From Candidatus Poribacteria bacterium (lineage in GTDB: Bacteria > Poribacteria > WGA-4E > PCPOR2b): DNA of 64,000 nucleotides. Within the stretch, counting starts at the first letter, position 1; each line of letters starts with the position of its first letter. Below are positions 29,691-40,878 of the stretch, in pieces. The notes under the pieces are model-generated. The model ran no database searches, was not told the origin of the DNA, and saw only the letters and a program-made list of their open reading frames with translations. The translations under genes were made by a program, and so were the position numbers. The stretch covers positions 2,048,001-2,112,000 of the forward strand of contig OZ240245.1 of the NCBI GenBank assembly GCA_965198175.1. The letters are read 5' to 3'.

Positions 29691-31670
29691 ATGATGAGCA
29701 ATTTAGTTATGAAAAATCCGAGAAAAGCGTTCCTGTGCTTCACAGTATTGTGGCTGTTCTTGTGCAGCATAATAACTGCAGCGGATGCACAGACCGTCGA
29801 GGAGATTGCTGAAAAAGCGTTAGCGGCTACGGTCTATTTAGAGATGACAGATAGGAACGGCGAATCCGCGGGTTTTGGCAGCGGTTTCTTTGTCGCGCAG
29901 GACCAAGTAGCTACCAACTTCCACGTTATTGAGGGAGCGGCGAAAGGTACGGCGAAGCAGGTCGGCAAATACACGAAATATACCATCGAAGGTATATCCG
30001 CGACTGATAAAGAAAACGACCTTGCTATCCTAAAGGTCACGGCGTTTGGGATCGAACCACTTCCCCTCGGTGACAGCGAAACGGTTAAAATTGGCGAGAC
30101 GGTTTATGTTGCGGGCAATCCGAGAGGGCTGGAAGGCACGTTCTCGGATGGCATAATCAGCAGTCTCCGCGAACGGTACACCCGAAAACGGCTCCAGATG
30201 ACCGCCCCGATTTCACCGGGCAGCAGCGGTGGTCCCGTCTTAAACGGCAAGGGGAAAGTCATCGGGGTCTCTTTCATGATTCTTGAAGGTGGGCAGAACC
30301 TTAATTTTGCCATTCCGTCAAGATATCTCAAGGCGCTTCTTTCCCGGTCAAAGCCAGCGAGACCTTTCGCGCCAGGGAAACAACCCATCTCTGCCGAGAC
30401 GTACTTTAGTTTGGGGAATATGAGGTACGACCTAGGACTATATAAGATAGCGATTGAGGATTATGACAGGGCAATCCGATTGAAACCCGATTTCGTCGAT
30501 GCCTACGTCAATCGGGGGTCTTCGAAGGCTGGCTTAGGCAAATACATTGCCGCCATATCCGACTATGACAGAGCAATCTGCCTGCAACCCGATTTAGTCC
30601 AAGCATACTACAATCGCGGATTAGCGAAGGACGAATTAGGCGAACACATTGCCGCCATAGTCGATTATAACGCTGCAATTCGCTTAAAACCTGATTATGC
30701 CGACGCCTACGTCAATCGGGGGCATGCGAAGGCTGGCTTAGGCGAATACATTGCCGCCATATCCGACTATGACAGAGCAATCTGGATCGAACCCGATGAT
30801 GCCAAAACCTACAACAATCGTGGAGTTGCTAAAGATGAATTAGGCGAACACATTGCCGCCGTAGTCGATTATAACGCTGCAATTCGCCTAAAACCCGATT
30901 ATGCCGTTGCCTACGTCAATCGGGGGTCTTCGAAGGCTGGCTTAGGCAAATACATTGCCGCCATATCCGACTATGACAGAGCAATCTGCCTGCAACCCGA
31001 TTTAGTCCAAGCATACTACAATCGTGGGGTTGCGAAGGCTGAATTAGGCGAACACATTGCCGCGATCGCCGACTATGATGCTGCAATCCGTCTGAAACCC
31101 GATGATGCCGATGCGTACTTTGATCGGGGATCTTCGAAGCACAACCTAGGACAATACATTGCCGCGATCGCCGATTATGATGCTGTAATCCGCCTCCAGC
31201 CCGATTCTGCCGATGCCTACTTGAATCGGGGATTAGCGAAGAATGATTTAGGCGAATACATTGCCGCCATAGTCGATTATGACACTGCAATCCGCCTGAA
31301 ACCCGATTATGCAGGTGCTTATTACGGTCGGGCGAATGCCAAGTATAATTTAGGGGAACGCATTGCCGCCATAGTCGATTATAACGCTGCAATCCGCCTG
31401 AAACCCGATTTGGTCCAAGCTTATTACAATCGGGGAGTAGCAAAGGACGAATTAGGCGAACACTCCGCCGCCATAGTCGATTATGGCACTGCAATCCGCC
31501 TGAAACCCGATTTAGTCCGAGCTTATTACAATCGGGGGAAAGCGAAGGCTCTACTAGGTCACACTTGGGGGGCGAAGCAAGATTTGCGAAACGCATTGCA
31601 GTTCGCAAACCGGTTCGGTGATGAGAGCCTCATAGCCAAGATTGAGGAAGTTTTCAAGCTAATCGAATAA
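29691..31670 (+). CDS. Exported trypsin-like serine protease with about 12 TPR repeats (paralogue B)
   Basis: Same intact triad; long array of 102-bp TPR units. Confidence 0.92.
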   Translation: MMSNLVMKNPRKAFLCFTVLWLFLCSIITAADAQTVEEIAEKALAATVYLEMTDRNGESAGFGSGFFVAQDQVATNFHVIEGAAKGTAKQVGKYTKYTIEGISATDKENDLAILKVTAFGIEPLPLGDSETVKIGETVYVAGNPRGLEGTFSDGIISSLRERYTRKRLQMTAPISPGSSGGPVLNGKGKVIGVSFMILEGGQNLNFAIPSRYLKALLSRSKPARPFAPGKQPISAETYFSLGNMRYDLGLYKIAIEDYDRAIRLKPDFVDAYVNRGSSKAGLGKYIAAISDYDRAICLQPDLVQAYYNRGLAKDELGEHIAAIVDYNAAIRLKPDYADAYVNRGHAKAGLGEYIAAISDYDRAIWIEPDDAKTYNNRGVAKDELGEHIAAVVDYNAAIRLKPDYAVAYVNRGSSKAGLGKYIAAISDYDRAICLQPDLVQAYYNRGVAKAELGEHIAAIADYDAAIRLKPDDADAYFDRGSSKHNLGQYIAAIADYDAVIRLQPDSADAYLNRGLAKNDLGEYIAAIVDYDTAIRLKPDYAGAYYGRANAKYNLGERIAAIVDYNAAIRLKPDLVQAYYNRGVAKDELGEHSAAIVDYGTAIRLKPDLVRAYYNRGKAKALLGHTWGAKQDLRNALQFANRFGDESLIAKIEEVFKLIE

Positions 31671-31788
31671 AGCCGTATGAAAAACGTGGAAGATGGAACT
31701 CTGCACTGTTCCTTGAGGGGCCTGAGTTTGAAATATAGGTGCTATTCGGAGTCGAATTTGGATCGAGGTTGGTTGCGAAGCAGGTAAT

Positions 31789-33312
31789 ATGAGTAGTCAA
31801 ATTCCAGACAAAGATTATGTTTACAGTGCTTTGTTGCGCCACAATTACCTACCTATGGGCAAACTCCACCCGGACGATATACCTTTCAAAGTCTTTTCTA
31901 CCGAAGATTTCACGCCTGATGTAGTTAATGAAATGCTTCAGAGTCATGAGATGGCGAGAAATAAAGGGTGCGATCAGATAGAATATCGTACGAATCGCTT
32001 TAATAACGTAACACGCCTTATGCATATTCCACATCCACTTCCCTATGCGCGCTTGTGCCGATGTATATCAGAAAGCTGGGCTAAACTCTCGCATATCTGT
32101 AAGAATTGTAACAGCCTTCTAAAACCTGCACAACATGATAATCGCAGACTGATTATGGGAGAGTATGAAGATTTTGAACGGGTTTTGGTGATGGATAGCG
32201 AGAAATTCCGAGATCGAAGAGTCCGGTTAGAGATTTCGACGGGTCAGTCCTACCGAGTTGAGGCGGACATTTCATCGTATTTTCCATCTATCTACACACA
32301 TTCGATTCCATGGGCACTCGTTGGGAAACTGAAAGCGAAATCAACTTATCGGGAATCGGACAAATGGTACAATAAGCTTGACAAAGCTCAGCGAGGTCTA
32401 AAAAAAAATGAAACAAAAGGTATACCTATTGGTCCGGCTACATCACATATTATGTCCGAAATCATCTTATACAAGATTGACGAAGCGTTACGTAAAGAAG
32501 GCTATCAGTTTACGCGGTATGTTGATGATTACAAATGCTATTGTGATACCCGGGAAAATGCGGAAATGTTTATCCTGTCTCTTGAGCGAGAATTACGAAA
32601 GTACCTTTTGAATCTCAACCCTAGAAAAGTGCTGATTGAAGAGTTACCACTGGGGCTTCAAGAGCAATGGGTAATTGTCTTGAGAAATGGTTTGCCATCT
32701 AAACAGAAGCCTTCTCCTAGGGACATCATGAATTTTCTGGATTCTGCGATAGAGCTGCAAAAGCGGCATCCTGAAGCAAATATCTTGAAATATGCTACGC
32801 GTGCGCTCGCCAACTCAAAGAAATTTGATAAAAATAGTGCCAGTTTTTTTCTGGAATACCTTGTCGTCATAGCGTTCCATGTACCTAGCGTACTTCCTGT
32901 TCTTTGTCAGGTAGCAAAGGAGTATGGCGTGGGTTCAGATTTGGAATTTGACTCTGTTCTAAAGCAATCTATCAAGTTCCGGCGCTCTGATGCCATTTGT
33001 TGGAGTTTGTATTTCATGGGTACGTGCGGCGAAGAAGTTAGTGACGACTTCGCGAAAGATATCGTTGAGTCAGAGGACTGCATGGCAATGGGGATGCTTA
33101 TCGCTTTAAATCAACATCGTGAAAAAATCGTTGATTTCCTTGACGACAACATTAATCCCGATTTAGAATATGACTGTGACCAATACTGGATTCTTATCCA
33201 TGAGTTAGCTCCAGACTGTCCACAATTCAACGATTATCGTGGAGAATCTGGATTGGAGTTTCTCCGAAACAAGGACGTACATTTTATAAATCTGATAAAT
33301 TCGGGGACCTGA
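31789..33312 (+). CDS. Reverse transcriptase, DRT4 (UG15)-like / Abi-related defence RT
   Basis: [27 protein letters not shown] and RYVDD motifs; N-terminal HNY.P...EY..NRFNNV.R.MHIPHP..Y; helical C-terminus; no intron or DGR context. Confidence 0.85.
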   Translation: MSSQIPDKDYVYSALLRHNYLPMGKLHPDDIPFKVFSTEDFTPDVVNEMLQSHEMARNKGCDQIEYRTNRFNNVTRLMHIPHPLPYARLCRCISESWAKLSHICKNCNSLLKPAQHDNRRLIMGEYEDFERVLVMDSEKFRDRRVRLEISTGQSYRVEADISSYFPSIYTHSIPWALVGKLKAKSTYRESDKWYNKLDKAQRGLKKNETKGIPIGPATSHIMSEIILYKIDEALRKEGYQFTRYVDDYKCYCDTRENAEMFILSLERELRKYLLNLNPRKVLIEELPLGLQEQWVIVLRNGLPSKQKPSPRDIMNFLDSAIELQKRHPEANILKYATRALANSKKFDKNSASFFLEYLVVIAFHVPSVLPVLCQVAKEYGVGSDLEFDSVLKQSIKFRRSDAICWSLYFMGTCGEEVSDDFAKDIVESEDCMAMGMLIALNQHREKIVDFLDDNINPDLEYDCDQYWILIHELAPDCPQFNDYRGESGLEFLRNKDVHFINLINSGT

Positions 33313-33368
33313 GGTTCAGAGTTTGCTTCATGCGACGAGCATATAGAAATTCTGAGGACAACTACACA

Positions 33369-34631
33369 ATGAACAAACCGCTACGTGAATTCGATCCGCA
33401 GATTGTTGACATAATGCGTCAAGATTTGGATCGGCAGCAAAACTGCTTAACGCTGATTCCTTCGGAAAATTACGCCAGCAAAGCGGTGATGCAGATGCAG
33501 AGCAGTATCCTTGCTAACAAGTATGCCGAGGGCTACCCTGGCAATCGATATTACAATGGCTGCGAGTATATAGATCAGATTGAGACACTTGCGATTGAAC
33601 GTGCGAAGCGGCTTTTTGGCGTGGATCATGTCAACGTCCAAGCGCACGCCGGTACTCAAGCTAATATGGCGGTCTACCACGCGTTGCTTGAGCCGGGAGA
33701 TACCATCATTTCAATGAAGCTAGATCACGGTGGTCATCTCAGTCATGGGCTGCCGCAGAACTTCGCCGGCAGATATTATAGGATTGTTCCTTATGGTGTG
33801 GATGAAGAAACAGAGCGGATCAATATGAACGGTATCGCAGCACTCGTTGAGGAACATCGTCCAAAGTTAATAATCGTCGGTGCAAGCGCTTATCCTCGAT
33901 GGTTTGATTTCGCGCAATGGCAAGAAATCGCCGATTCCGTCAATGCCTATCTGCTGGCGGACATCGCTCATATCGCTGGGCTCATCGCAGCGGATGTCCA
34001 TCCGGATCCAGTACCTTATTGCGACTTCATTACAACAACGACTCACAAAACATTGCGTGGACCTCGCGGGGCAATCATTATGTGCCGCGCGGAATTCGCC
34101 CATGCGATCGATCACGCTGTGATGCCGGGCTTACAGGGAGGTCCCTTCATGCATACCATCGCTGCGAAAGCCGTCGGCTTCAAAGAAGCTATGGAACCTG
34201 CCTTCAAGGAGTATCAAAAACAAGTTGTTAGAAACGCGAAAGCGCTGGCTCAACGCCTCATTGAGAATGAGTTTCGCTTAGTTAGCGGCGGAACCGATAA
34301 TCATTTAATGATTATTGATTTGTCAGCAACCTTTGAGAAACTGAGCGGACGTCAAGCCGCAAATCACCTTGAAGAAGCGGGGGTCATTGTCAATAAGAAC
34401 ACGATTCCATTTGATAAGCGCTCGCCGGTCACAACAAGCGGCATTCGCCTTGGTACGCCGATGGTGACGGTACGTGGGATGAAAGAGGCAGAGATGCAGT
34501 TGATAGGCGATTTCATTAGCGAAGTATTGCGGGAGCGAAAGAGCACAACGGTCAAAAACCACATTAAAGAAAAAGTCCGGGAATTGTGTCAACAGTTTCC
34601 AATCTATGAAGACCTCGATCTATGGTCATGA
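33369..34631 (+). CDS. glyA: Serine hydroxymethyltransferase
   Basis: [23 protein letters not shown] and [13 protein letters not shown] motifs. Confidence 0.97.
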   Translation: MNKPLREFDPQIVDIMRQDLDRQQNCLTLIPSENYASKAVMQMQSSILANKYAEGYPGNRYYNGCEYIDQIETLAIERAKRLFGVDHVNVQAHAGTQANMAVYHALLEPGDTIISMKLDHGGHLSHGLPQNFAGRYYRIVPYGVDEETERINMNGIAALVEEHRPKLIIVGASAYPRWFDFAQWQEIADSVNAYLLADIAHIAGLIAADVHPDPVPYCDFITTTTHKTLRGPRGAIIMCRAEFAHAIDHAVMPGLQGGPFMHTIAAKAVGFKEAMEPAFKEYQKQVVRNAKALAQRLIENEFRLVSGGTDNHLMIIDLSATFEKLSGRQAANHLEEAGVIVNKNTIPFDKRSPVTTSGIRLGTPMVTVRGMKEAEMQLIGDFISEVLRERKSTTVKNHIKEKVRELCQQFPIYEDLDLWS

Positions 34632-34643
34632 ATTGTGTAAAAC

Positions 34644-34777
34644 GATCAACTGATTGAATAAGGAGGGTGATAGTCTTAACCTTAATGGAAAAACTATCGC
34701 GCTCCCTGGTCAGTCGCTTGATCGATATTTTTACCCACCAGCGAAGATTATCACGCTCCCTATTCAATCGCTTGATC
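34644..34777. repeat. Cluster of three 30-bp repeats (one forward, two inverted)
   Basis: 34644-34673 (+), 34694-34723 (-), 34748-34777 (-); same family at 13258-13287. Confidence 0.8.
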
Positions 34778-34780
34778 GTA

Positions 34781-36145
34781 ATGCTAAATTATGAATCTGC
34801 TCTTGCCTATATCGACAGCTTTATCAACTATGAGAAAAGCTCCAATTTTTCAAGGCAGGCGCGTCTTTACAACCTCGATCGTATTTCCCACCTGTTGGAT
34901 TTGCTCGGGAACCCCCATCGTAAACTGAAGGTTATCCACATCGCTGGCAGCAAAGGGAAGGGGTCTACAGCAGCGATTATTGCGTCAATACTCACCCGTG
35001 CAGGATACAAAACGGGGTTATTTACTTCACCCCATCTTATAACTCCCCGCGAGCGTTGTTGTATAGATGCCAGACTGATCTCAGAGGACGAATTCGCTGA
35101 TTACGTCAATAAATTGAAACCCTCGATTGAAACTGTCGCAGGGATGAAGGCAGTTGGATCGATTTCGTTTTTTGAAATCTATACCGCGCTTGCCTTCTGC
35201 TATTTTGCGGACTATGCGGTTGATTTCGCGGTTGTTGAAGTTGGAATCGGCGGGCGACTGGATGCGACGAATGTTGTCCAACCGTTCGTTACCGTCATCA
35301 CGCCGGTGAGTCTGGAGCATACCGCAATACTGGGCGATACTCTTGAAGCTATCGCCGGGGAAAAAGCCGAGATTATTAAACTTAGTCGTCCACTTGTGTT
35401 GGCGCCGCAAGAGCCTGAAGCCCAAACCGTTTTTGAAACCGTTGCTGCAGCACGCCGCGTGCGGATGGACAGAGTCGGACATGACATTAATCTAAGGCGT
35501 AGGGCTTGGGACATTAATGGTCAAATGTTCGACGTGCAAACGCAAACCGAATCTTATCCAAATCTGTTTCTGCCGCTCCTCGGTAAACACCAAGCGACTA
35601 ATGCTGCGACGGCGGTTGCTTGCCTTGAACGAATCAAGAGTGAGGGGCATTCTTTTCCCAAAAGGTGTGTCTACGATGGATTGGAAGCTGTTAGATTGCA
35701 CGGACGAACGCAAGTCGTTTCGATACCGCGAAACGCATCGACTGACGAAGCTCCATCAATTTTGCTAGACGGTGCGCATTCCCCAACTTCAGCCGAGGCG
35801 TTATGCGAGACGATTCAGGAGGTATTCCGATATGGGCGTTTAATCCTCGTCGCCGGTCTGATGAGAGATAAAGAGTTGCGTGCAATCGGTCAAATTCTAT
35901 GTCCAATCGCGGACATCATCATCGCCACACAAGCGTTTGACAACCCTCGCGTAATGCCCGCTGGGGAAGTTGCGAAAGCTTGGTCGGATTTTAATCCAGA
36001 GATTCGATCGGTAAATAGTGTGGGTGAATCCATTGAGCTTGCCCTATCGGTTGCAACCGGTTCGGATTTAATTTGCATTACGGGTTCGATTTATCTCGTT
36101 GGCGCAGCCATGACTGAACTTGGGATTGAAATCCCTGAAGTGTGA
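34781..36145 (+). CDS. folC: Folylpolyglutamate synthase/dihydrofolate synthase
   Basis: HIAGSKGKGS, FTSPHL, EVGIGGRLDATN and LDGAH motifs. Confidence 0.95.
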   Translation: MLNYESALAYIDSFINYEKSSNFSRQARLYNLDRISHLLDLLGNPHRKLKVIHIAGSKGKGSTAAIIASILTRAGYKTGLFTSPHLITPRERCCIDARLISEDEFADYVNKLKPSIETVAGMKAVGSISFFEIYTALAFCYFADYAVDFAVVEVGIGGRLDATNVVQPFVTVITPVSLEHTAILGDTLEAIAGEKAEIIKLSRPLVLAPQEPEAQTVFETVAAARRVRMDRVGHDINLRRRAWDINGQMFDVQTQTESYPNLFLPLLGKHQATNAATAVACLERIKSEGHSFPKRCVYDGLEAVRLHGRTQVVSIPRNASTDEAPSILLDGAHSPTSAEALCETIQEVFRYGRLILVAGLMRDKELRAIGQILCPIADIIIATQAFDNPRVMPAGEVAKAWSDFNPEIRSVNSVGESIELALSVATGSDLICITGSIYLVGAAMTELGIEIPEV

Positions 36146-36289
36146 ACTGAATAGAAGTAAAAAAATCGGCTGCATTGCTGCAAAAGTTTTCCAGAGTAGC
36201 CAAAAAAAAGGGAGAATAAAGTCGCAGAGCAGCACGACAATTCTGCAAGTTACTGATGTACCCATTTAACTCATTTTAGGAGGAATTTT

Positions 36290-38641
36290 ATGATTGAAAC
36301 AATCGACGATCGGCTCCGTAGGCGGAGCCGTGGATTTCTGATACTCTTGGGTTTATTGTTTGGAATTACAAATTCTGCTCTCGCCCAAACGGAACCGTTG
36401 CCAGCTGTGCCTTCCGCATGGTGGCTTGCCCCAGTTGGCTCCCTAATCGCTTTGGGGTTCGCGTTATATTTTTACAAATCCGTAATGCGGCAGAGCGAGG
36501 GGACAGCAGTGATGCGTGAAATTGCGCAAGCTGTCCGTGATGGCGCGATGGCGTATTTGAGGCAGCAATACAAGGTTGTCGGTATTGTTTTTGCGGTATT
36601 GTGCGCCATTTTTCTTTTTATGGCTTTTGTTCTGAAGGCTCAGAACCAGGTAATTCCTTTTGCTTTTCTCACAGGTGGTTTTTTCTCTGGACTCTGCGGT
36701 TTTTTGGGTATGAAGACCGCAACCAATGCATCGGCTCGTACAACAAGCGCCGCTATGGAAGGACTAAACGCGGGACTGCGTATCGCCTTTCGAGCAGGTG
36801 CAGTGATGGGGCTGGTGGTGGTTGGGTTTGCCCTGCTGGACATTGCCGGATGGTTCCTGATTCTTTACTATCTTTTTCCAAAGATCTTACCGGGCTTTTT
36901 AGGCGAGAACCCACTTCCCCAAATCACCGTAATTATGTTGAGCTTCGGCATGGGCGCATCCACACAGGCGCTCTTTGCACGCGTGGGCGGCGGTATTTAC
37001 ACTAAGGCAGCTGATGTCGGCGCTGATCTGGTAGGGAAAGTTGAATCGGGGATTCCCGAAGATGATCCACGTAACCCAGCAGCTATCGCTGACAACGTGG
37101 GTGACAACGTGGGAGACGTCGCAGGCATGGGCGCAGATCTATATGAATCTTACGCTGGATCGATACTAGCAACAGCAGCGCTTGGCGTTGCTGCTGTTGC
37201 CGCGAAGGATCACGGCAATATTGCACTGCAACTGAAATACCTCTCTGCGCCGATGATAATTGCAGGAATCGGTGTGATTCTCTCAATCGTAGGAATTTTT
37301 ATGGTACGTACTCGAGAAGGCGCTACAATGAAGCAGTTGATGGGTTCGCTCAATCTGGGTATCAACGGGAGCGCGATTGGCATCGCAATATTTTCGATTC
37401 CGGTGCTGTTATATCTCGACTTCCCGAATAAGTGGCAGATTTGGGGCGCGATTGTGGCGGGTCTGCTGGCGGGGATCATCATCGGCAAGGTGACAGAGGT
37501 CTTCACATCTCACGACTATAAACCGACGCGAGGCATCGTAGAGCAAGCCCAGACTGGTCCGGCAACCGTTATCATTGAGGGTATCGCTGTTGGCATGCAG
37601 TCAACCGCCATCCCTGTGATTACGATAATCGTGGCTGTTGCCGTCAGCTTCTATCTCCCGGGCGGGGCAACAGATACGTTGATGGGACTCTATGGTGTGG
37701 GAATTGCGGCTGTCGGTATGCTCGCAACACTCGGCATCACGCTGGCGACGGATGCGTATGGGCCGATTGCAGATAACGCGGGCGGTAATGCGGAAATGTC
37801 TGAACTCGATCCGAGCGTACGTCAGCGTACAGATCAACTTGATTCCCTCGGCAACACAACCGCGGCAACCGGTAAAGGATTCGCCATCGGTTCTGCTGCT
37901 TTGACTGCCCTCGCCCTGCTCGCCGCCTATCTTGAGGAGATTCGGTATGGATTGATCCATTTTGCGGACAAGCATCAGCTTGATATTTCCGGAGTAGGTA
38001 TGGTAGATACGACCAAGGTGTCTATATCCCAGTTCATGTCCTATTATGACGCTACCCTGATGAATCCTCAAGTCCTGATTGGATTGTTCATAGGCGCAGC
38101 GATGGCATTCTTTTTCTGTGCCTTGACGATGAAAGCTGTCGGTCGCGCCGCCGGCGCGATGGTGCAGGAGGTTCGCAGGCAATTTCAAGAACGACCTGGT
38201 ATTATGAAACGCGAAGAAAAACCAGATTACGCCAGATGTGTGGCAATCTCAACCGTTGGCGCACAAAGAGAGATGATCCTCCCATCACTAATTGCTATCA
38301 TCGTCCCGGTGGTCGTTGGCTTGGTCTTCAACGTTGCAGGTGTTCTCGGCTTGCTTGCCGGCGGTTTGACAACCGGATTCGTGCTGGCAGTGATGATGGC
38401 AAATGCCGGTGGTGCTTGGGACAACGCTAAAAAGTACATCGAACAGGGCGAATACGGCGGCAAGGGTTCTGAAGCACACAAGGCAACCGTCGTTGGCGAT
38501 ACGGTCGGCGATCCGTTTAAGGACACCTCCGGTCCGTCGCTCAATATCCTGATCAAGCTGATGTCTATGGTGTCCGTAGTGTTCGCAGGGCTAATTGCGA
38601 AATACGGTCATGTTGTCGGCGAATTGCTCGGTATGAAATGA
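36290..38641 (+). CDS. hppA: Membrane-integral pyrophosphatase, K+-dependent, Na+(,H+)-translocating
   Basis: [26 protein letters not shown] and [10 protein letters not shown] motifs. Confidence 0.95.
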   Translation: MIETIDDRLRRRSRGFLILLGLLFGITNSALAQTEPLPAVPSAWWLAPVGSLIALGFALYFYKSVMRQSEGTAVMREIAQAVRDGAMAYLRQQYKVVGIVFAVLCAIFLFMAFVLKAQNQVIPFAFLTGGFFSGLCGFLGMKTATNASARTTSAAMEGLNAGLRIAFRAGAVMGLVVVGFALLDIAGWFLILYYLFPKILPGFLGENPLPQITVIMLSFGMGASTQALFARVGGGIYTKAADVGADLVGKVESGIPEDDPRNPAAIADNVGDNVGDVAGMGADLYESYAGSILATAALGVAAVAAKDHGNIALQLKYLSAPMIIAGIGVILSIVGIFMVRTREGATMKQLMGSLNLGINGSAIGIAIFSIPVLLYLDFPNKWQIWGAIVAGLLAGIIIGKVTEVFTSHDYKPTRGIVEQAQTGPATVIIEGIAVGMQSTAIPVITIIVAVAVSFYLPGGATDTLMGLYGVGIAAVGMLATLGITLATDAYGPIADNAGGNAEMSELDPSVRQRTDQLDSLGNTTAATGKGFAIGSAALTALALLAAYLEEIRYGLIHFADKHQLDISGVGMVDTTKVSISQFMSYYDATLMNPQVLIGLFIGAAMAFFFCALTMKAVGRAAGAMVQEVRRQFQERPGIMKREEKPDYARCVAISTVGAQREMILPSLIAIIVPVVVGLVFNVAGVLGLLAGGLTTGFVLAVMMANAGGAWDNAKKYIEQGEYGGKGSEAHKATVVGDTVGDPFKDTSGPSLNILIKLMSMVSVVFAGLIAKYGHVVGELLGMK

Positions 38642-38849
38642 GCCGCGTAATACTAATGTCCAGGCGTGCAGAATCTCATAGTACTCACGCCAGCTTCATA
38701 CGAGTCACATGAGGGTTGAGTTTTTAACTCAAATTCTCCCCCAACACGCCGTGTTGGCTTCCGGTCTCACTCCACTAGAGATACGAACACACTGGAAGGA
38801 GTGTGTGCATTAGACTCCTCTACCTAGAAATTGGATTGAAACCGGCGTT

Positions 38850-38894
38850 AATGACCATTGGTGCTAGTAATAGTAACTAGCACCAATAGTCATT
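38850..38894. other. Long intergenic hairpin upstream of ilvD
   Basis: AATGACcATTGGTGCTAGT-AATAGTA-ACTAGCACCAATaGTCATT, 18/19-bp stem. Confidence 0.75.
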
Positions 38895-38971
38895 GGCAAT
38901 GCGGACAAAGTTTTGGGAATTTGTTAAGGCAGATCGACAATAACGGACAATAATGGGAGGAATATAAAGGC

Positions 38972-40651
38972 ATGGCAAACAAGCTTAAACCCCGAAGCTA
39001 CGCCATCACCGATGGCCCAGATCGTGCCGCGGCTCGAGCGATGCTCATGTTTAATGAAGGCGGACTATCTCTTGAGGAATTGGACCGACCGCTCATCGGT
39101 GTTGCTAATACATGGACTGAAATCGGTCCTTGCAACTTTCACCTCCGTCGGCTTGCGGCGAAGGTGAAAGCAGGGATTCGCGCTGCCGGTGGCACACCGC
39201 TTGAGTTCAATACCGTCAGTATTTCCGATGGGATTACGATGGGCACTGAGGGGATGAAAACATCGCTCATCAGTCGTGAAATCATCGCGGACTCGATTGA
39301 ACTCGTCACTCGAGGGAATATGTTCGACGCAGTAGTTGCCCTCTCGGGTTGCGACAAAACGGTTCCTGGAACGTTGATGGCGCTCGCGCGTCTTGATATT
39401 CCGTCGCTGATGCTTTATGGCGGTTCAATTATGCCGGGGCGTTTTCAGGGTCACGATGTCACCATCAAGGATGTCTTCGAGGCGGTTGGTACTTATGCAG
39501 TTGGCAAGATAACGATTGAAGAGCTCGATGATCTCACTAGCAAAGGGTGCCCTGGACCTGGCGCATGCGGAGGGCAATACACCGCCAATACCATGGCAAC
39601 AGTTGTCGAAATATTAGGCATGGCACCGATGGGGAGCGGGAGTGTCCCCGCTGTGGATTCTTACAAAGATGAGGTTGCGTTTCAAGCAGGTCGGTTGGTG
39701 ATGCAGATGTTAGCGCACGATCGACGTCCTAGCCAAATCATCACGCGTCGTTCGATTGAGAATGCGATTGCTTCAATTGCGACAACGGGCGGGTCAACCA
39801 ATGGCGTTCTTCATCTGCTTGCCATTGCGCACGAAGCCAATATTCCATTGGCACTCGATGATTTCCAGGAAATTAATCTGCGGACCCCGCTCTATGTAGA
39901 TCTCCAGCCGGGAGGGCGTTTTGTCGCAGCAGATTTGCATCGCGCCGGAGGTATCCCGCTTGTCGCCAAACGGCTGCTGGATGCCGGACTCCTTCATGCG
40001 GACGAATTGACTGTGACAGGAAAAACAATCCGCGAAGAGGCGTCCACAGTGGTCGAGGCCGAAGGGCAGGAAGTTGTGCGCCCCATATCAGAGCCTATTA
40101 AGCCGACCGGTGGACTTGTTATACTCAAGGGAAATCTAGCACCGGAAGGGTGTGTACTCAAAGTTGCCGGCAACGAACGGATGACCCACAGTGGTCCTGT
40201 GCGTGTTTTCGACTGCGAGGAAGCTGCTTTCGCGAAAATTAAGGGGGGCGAAATCAATCCGGGAGAGGTCATAGTCATCCGCTACGAAGGACCTGCAGGC
40301 GGTCCTGGAATGCGGGAGATGCTCGGTGTTACTGCGGCGATAGTTGGCGCTGGACTAATTGATTCGGTTGCACTCTTAACAGATGGCAGGTTTTCAGGGG
40401 CGACACACGGCCTCATGATTGGACACGTTGCTCCCGAGGCTGCGCGCGGCGGTCCAATTGCTGTGTTATGCGAGGGCGATGTCGTTTCTATTGATGTGGC
40501 AAACCGTCGCCTTGATGTCAAAATTTCATATGAAGAAATTGAAACACGGCTTAGCGACTGGACACCACCATCTTTGCGCTATACCCGTGGTGTCATGGCA
40601 AAATACGCGCAGCTCGTATCTTCAGCATCAAAAGGGGCTGTGACCGGATAG
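38972..40651 (+). CDS. ilvD: Dihydroxy-acid dehydratase
   Basis: PCNFHL, SDGITMG, GCDKT, GGSTN and TDGRFSG motifs. Confidence 0.96.
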   Translation: MANKLKPRSYAITDGPDRAAARAMLMFNEGGLSLEELDRPLIGVANTWTEIGPCNFHLRRLAAKVKAGIRAAGGTPLEFNTVSISDGITMGTEGMKTSLISREIIADSIELVTRGNMFDAVVALSGCDKTVPGTLMALARLDIPSLMLYGGSIMPGRFQGHDVTIKDVFEAVGTYAVGKITIEELDDLTSKGCPGPGACGGQYTANTMATVVEILGMAPMGSGSVPAVDSYKDEVAFQAGRLVMQMLAHDRRPSQIITRRSIENAIASIATTGGSTNGVLHLLAIAHEANIPLALDDFQEINLRTPLYVDLQPGGRFVAADLHRAGGIPLVAKRLLDAGLLHADELTVTGKTIREEASTVVEAEGQEVVRPISEPIKPTGGLVILKGNLAPEGCVLKVAGNERMTHSGPVRVFDCEEAAFAKIKGGEINPGEVIVIRYEGPAGGPGMREMLGVTAAIVGAGLIDSVALLTDGRFSGATHGLMIGHVAPEAARGGPIAVLCEGDVVSIDVANRRLDVKISYEEIETRLSDWTPPSLRYTRGVMAKYAQLVSSASKGAVTG

Positions 40652-40878
40652 AAAGTCGGACAATTGAACGTGACGCCGATGACAAATCAACTCTGATTGC
40701 CCACCGAATTGATCTCACTCGAATTCGGCAAATTGTGTCGCTGGTTCAAAAGAGACCCCGGACGTGATTTTACACGGTGTACAGAGTTAAATTGCAATTT
40801 CATTTCGCGTGCTGTACGCTCGTTTTTTGCACAGTGATGCACCAAAGGCGTAGCACACGTCCCATCACGTTACATGTA

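Noticed and set aside
31671..31788. Retron msr-msd or DRT ncRNA upstream of the RT
   Set aside because: Only 118 bp, and no convincing bracketing inverted repeats by eye.
30400..33312. DGR (RT next to near-identical repeats)
   Set aside because: The RT motifs are Abi/DRT-type, the repeats are coding TPR units, and no non-coding template repeat or Avd gene is seen.
36146..36289. Na+ riboswitch before hppA
   Set aside because: Cannot be supported by eye; needs an Infernal/Rfam search.
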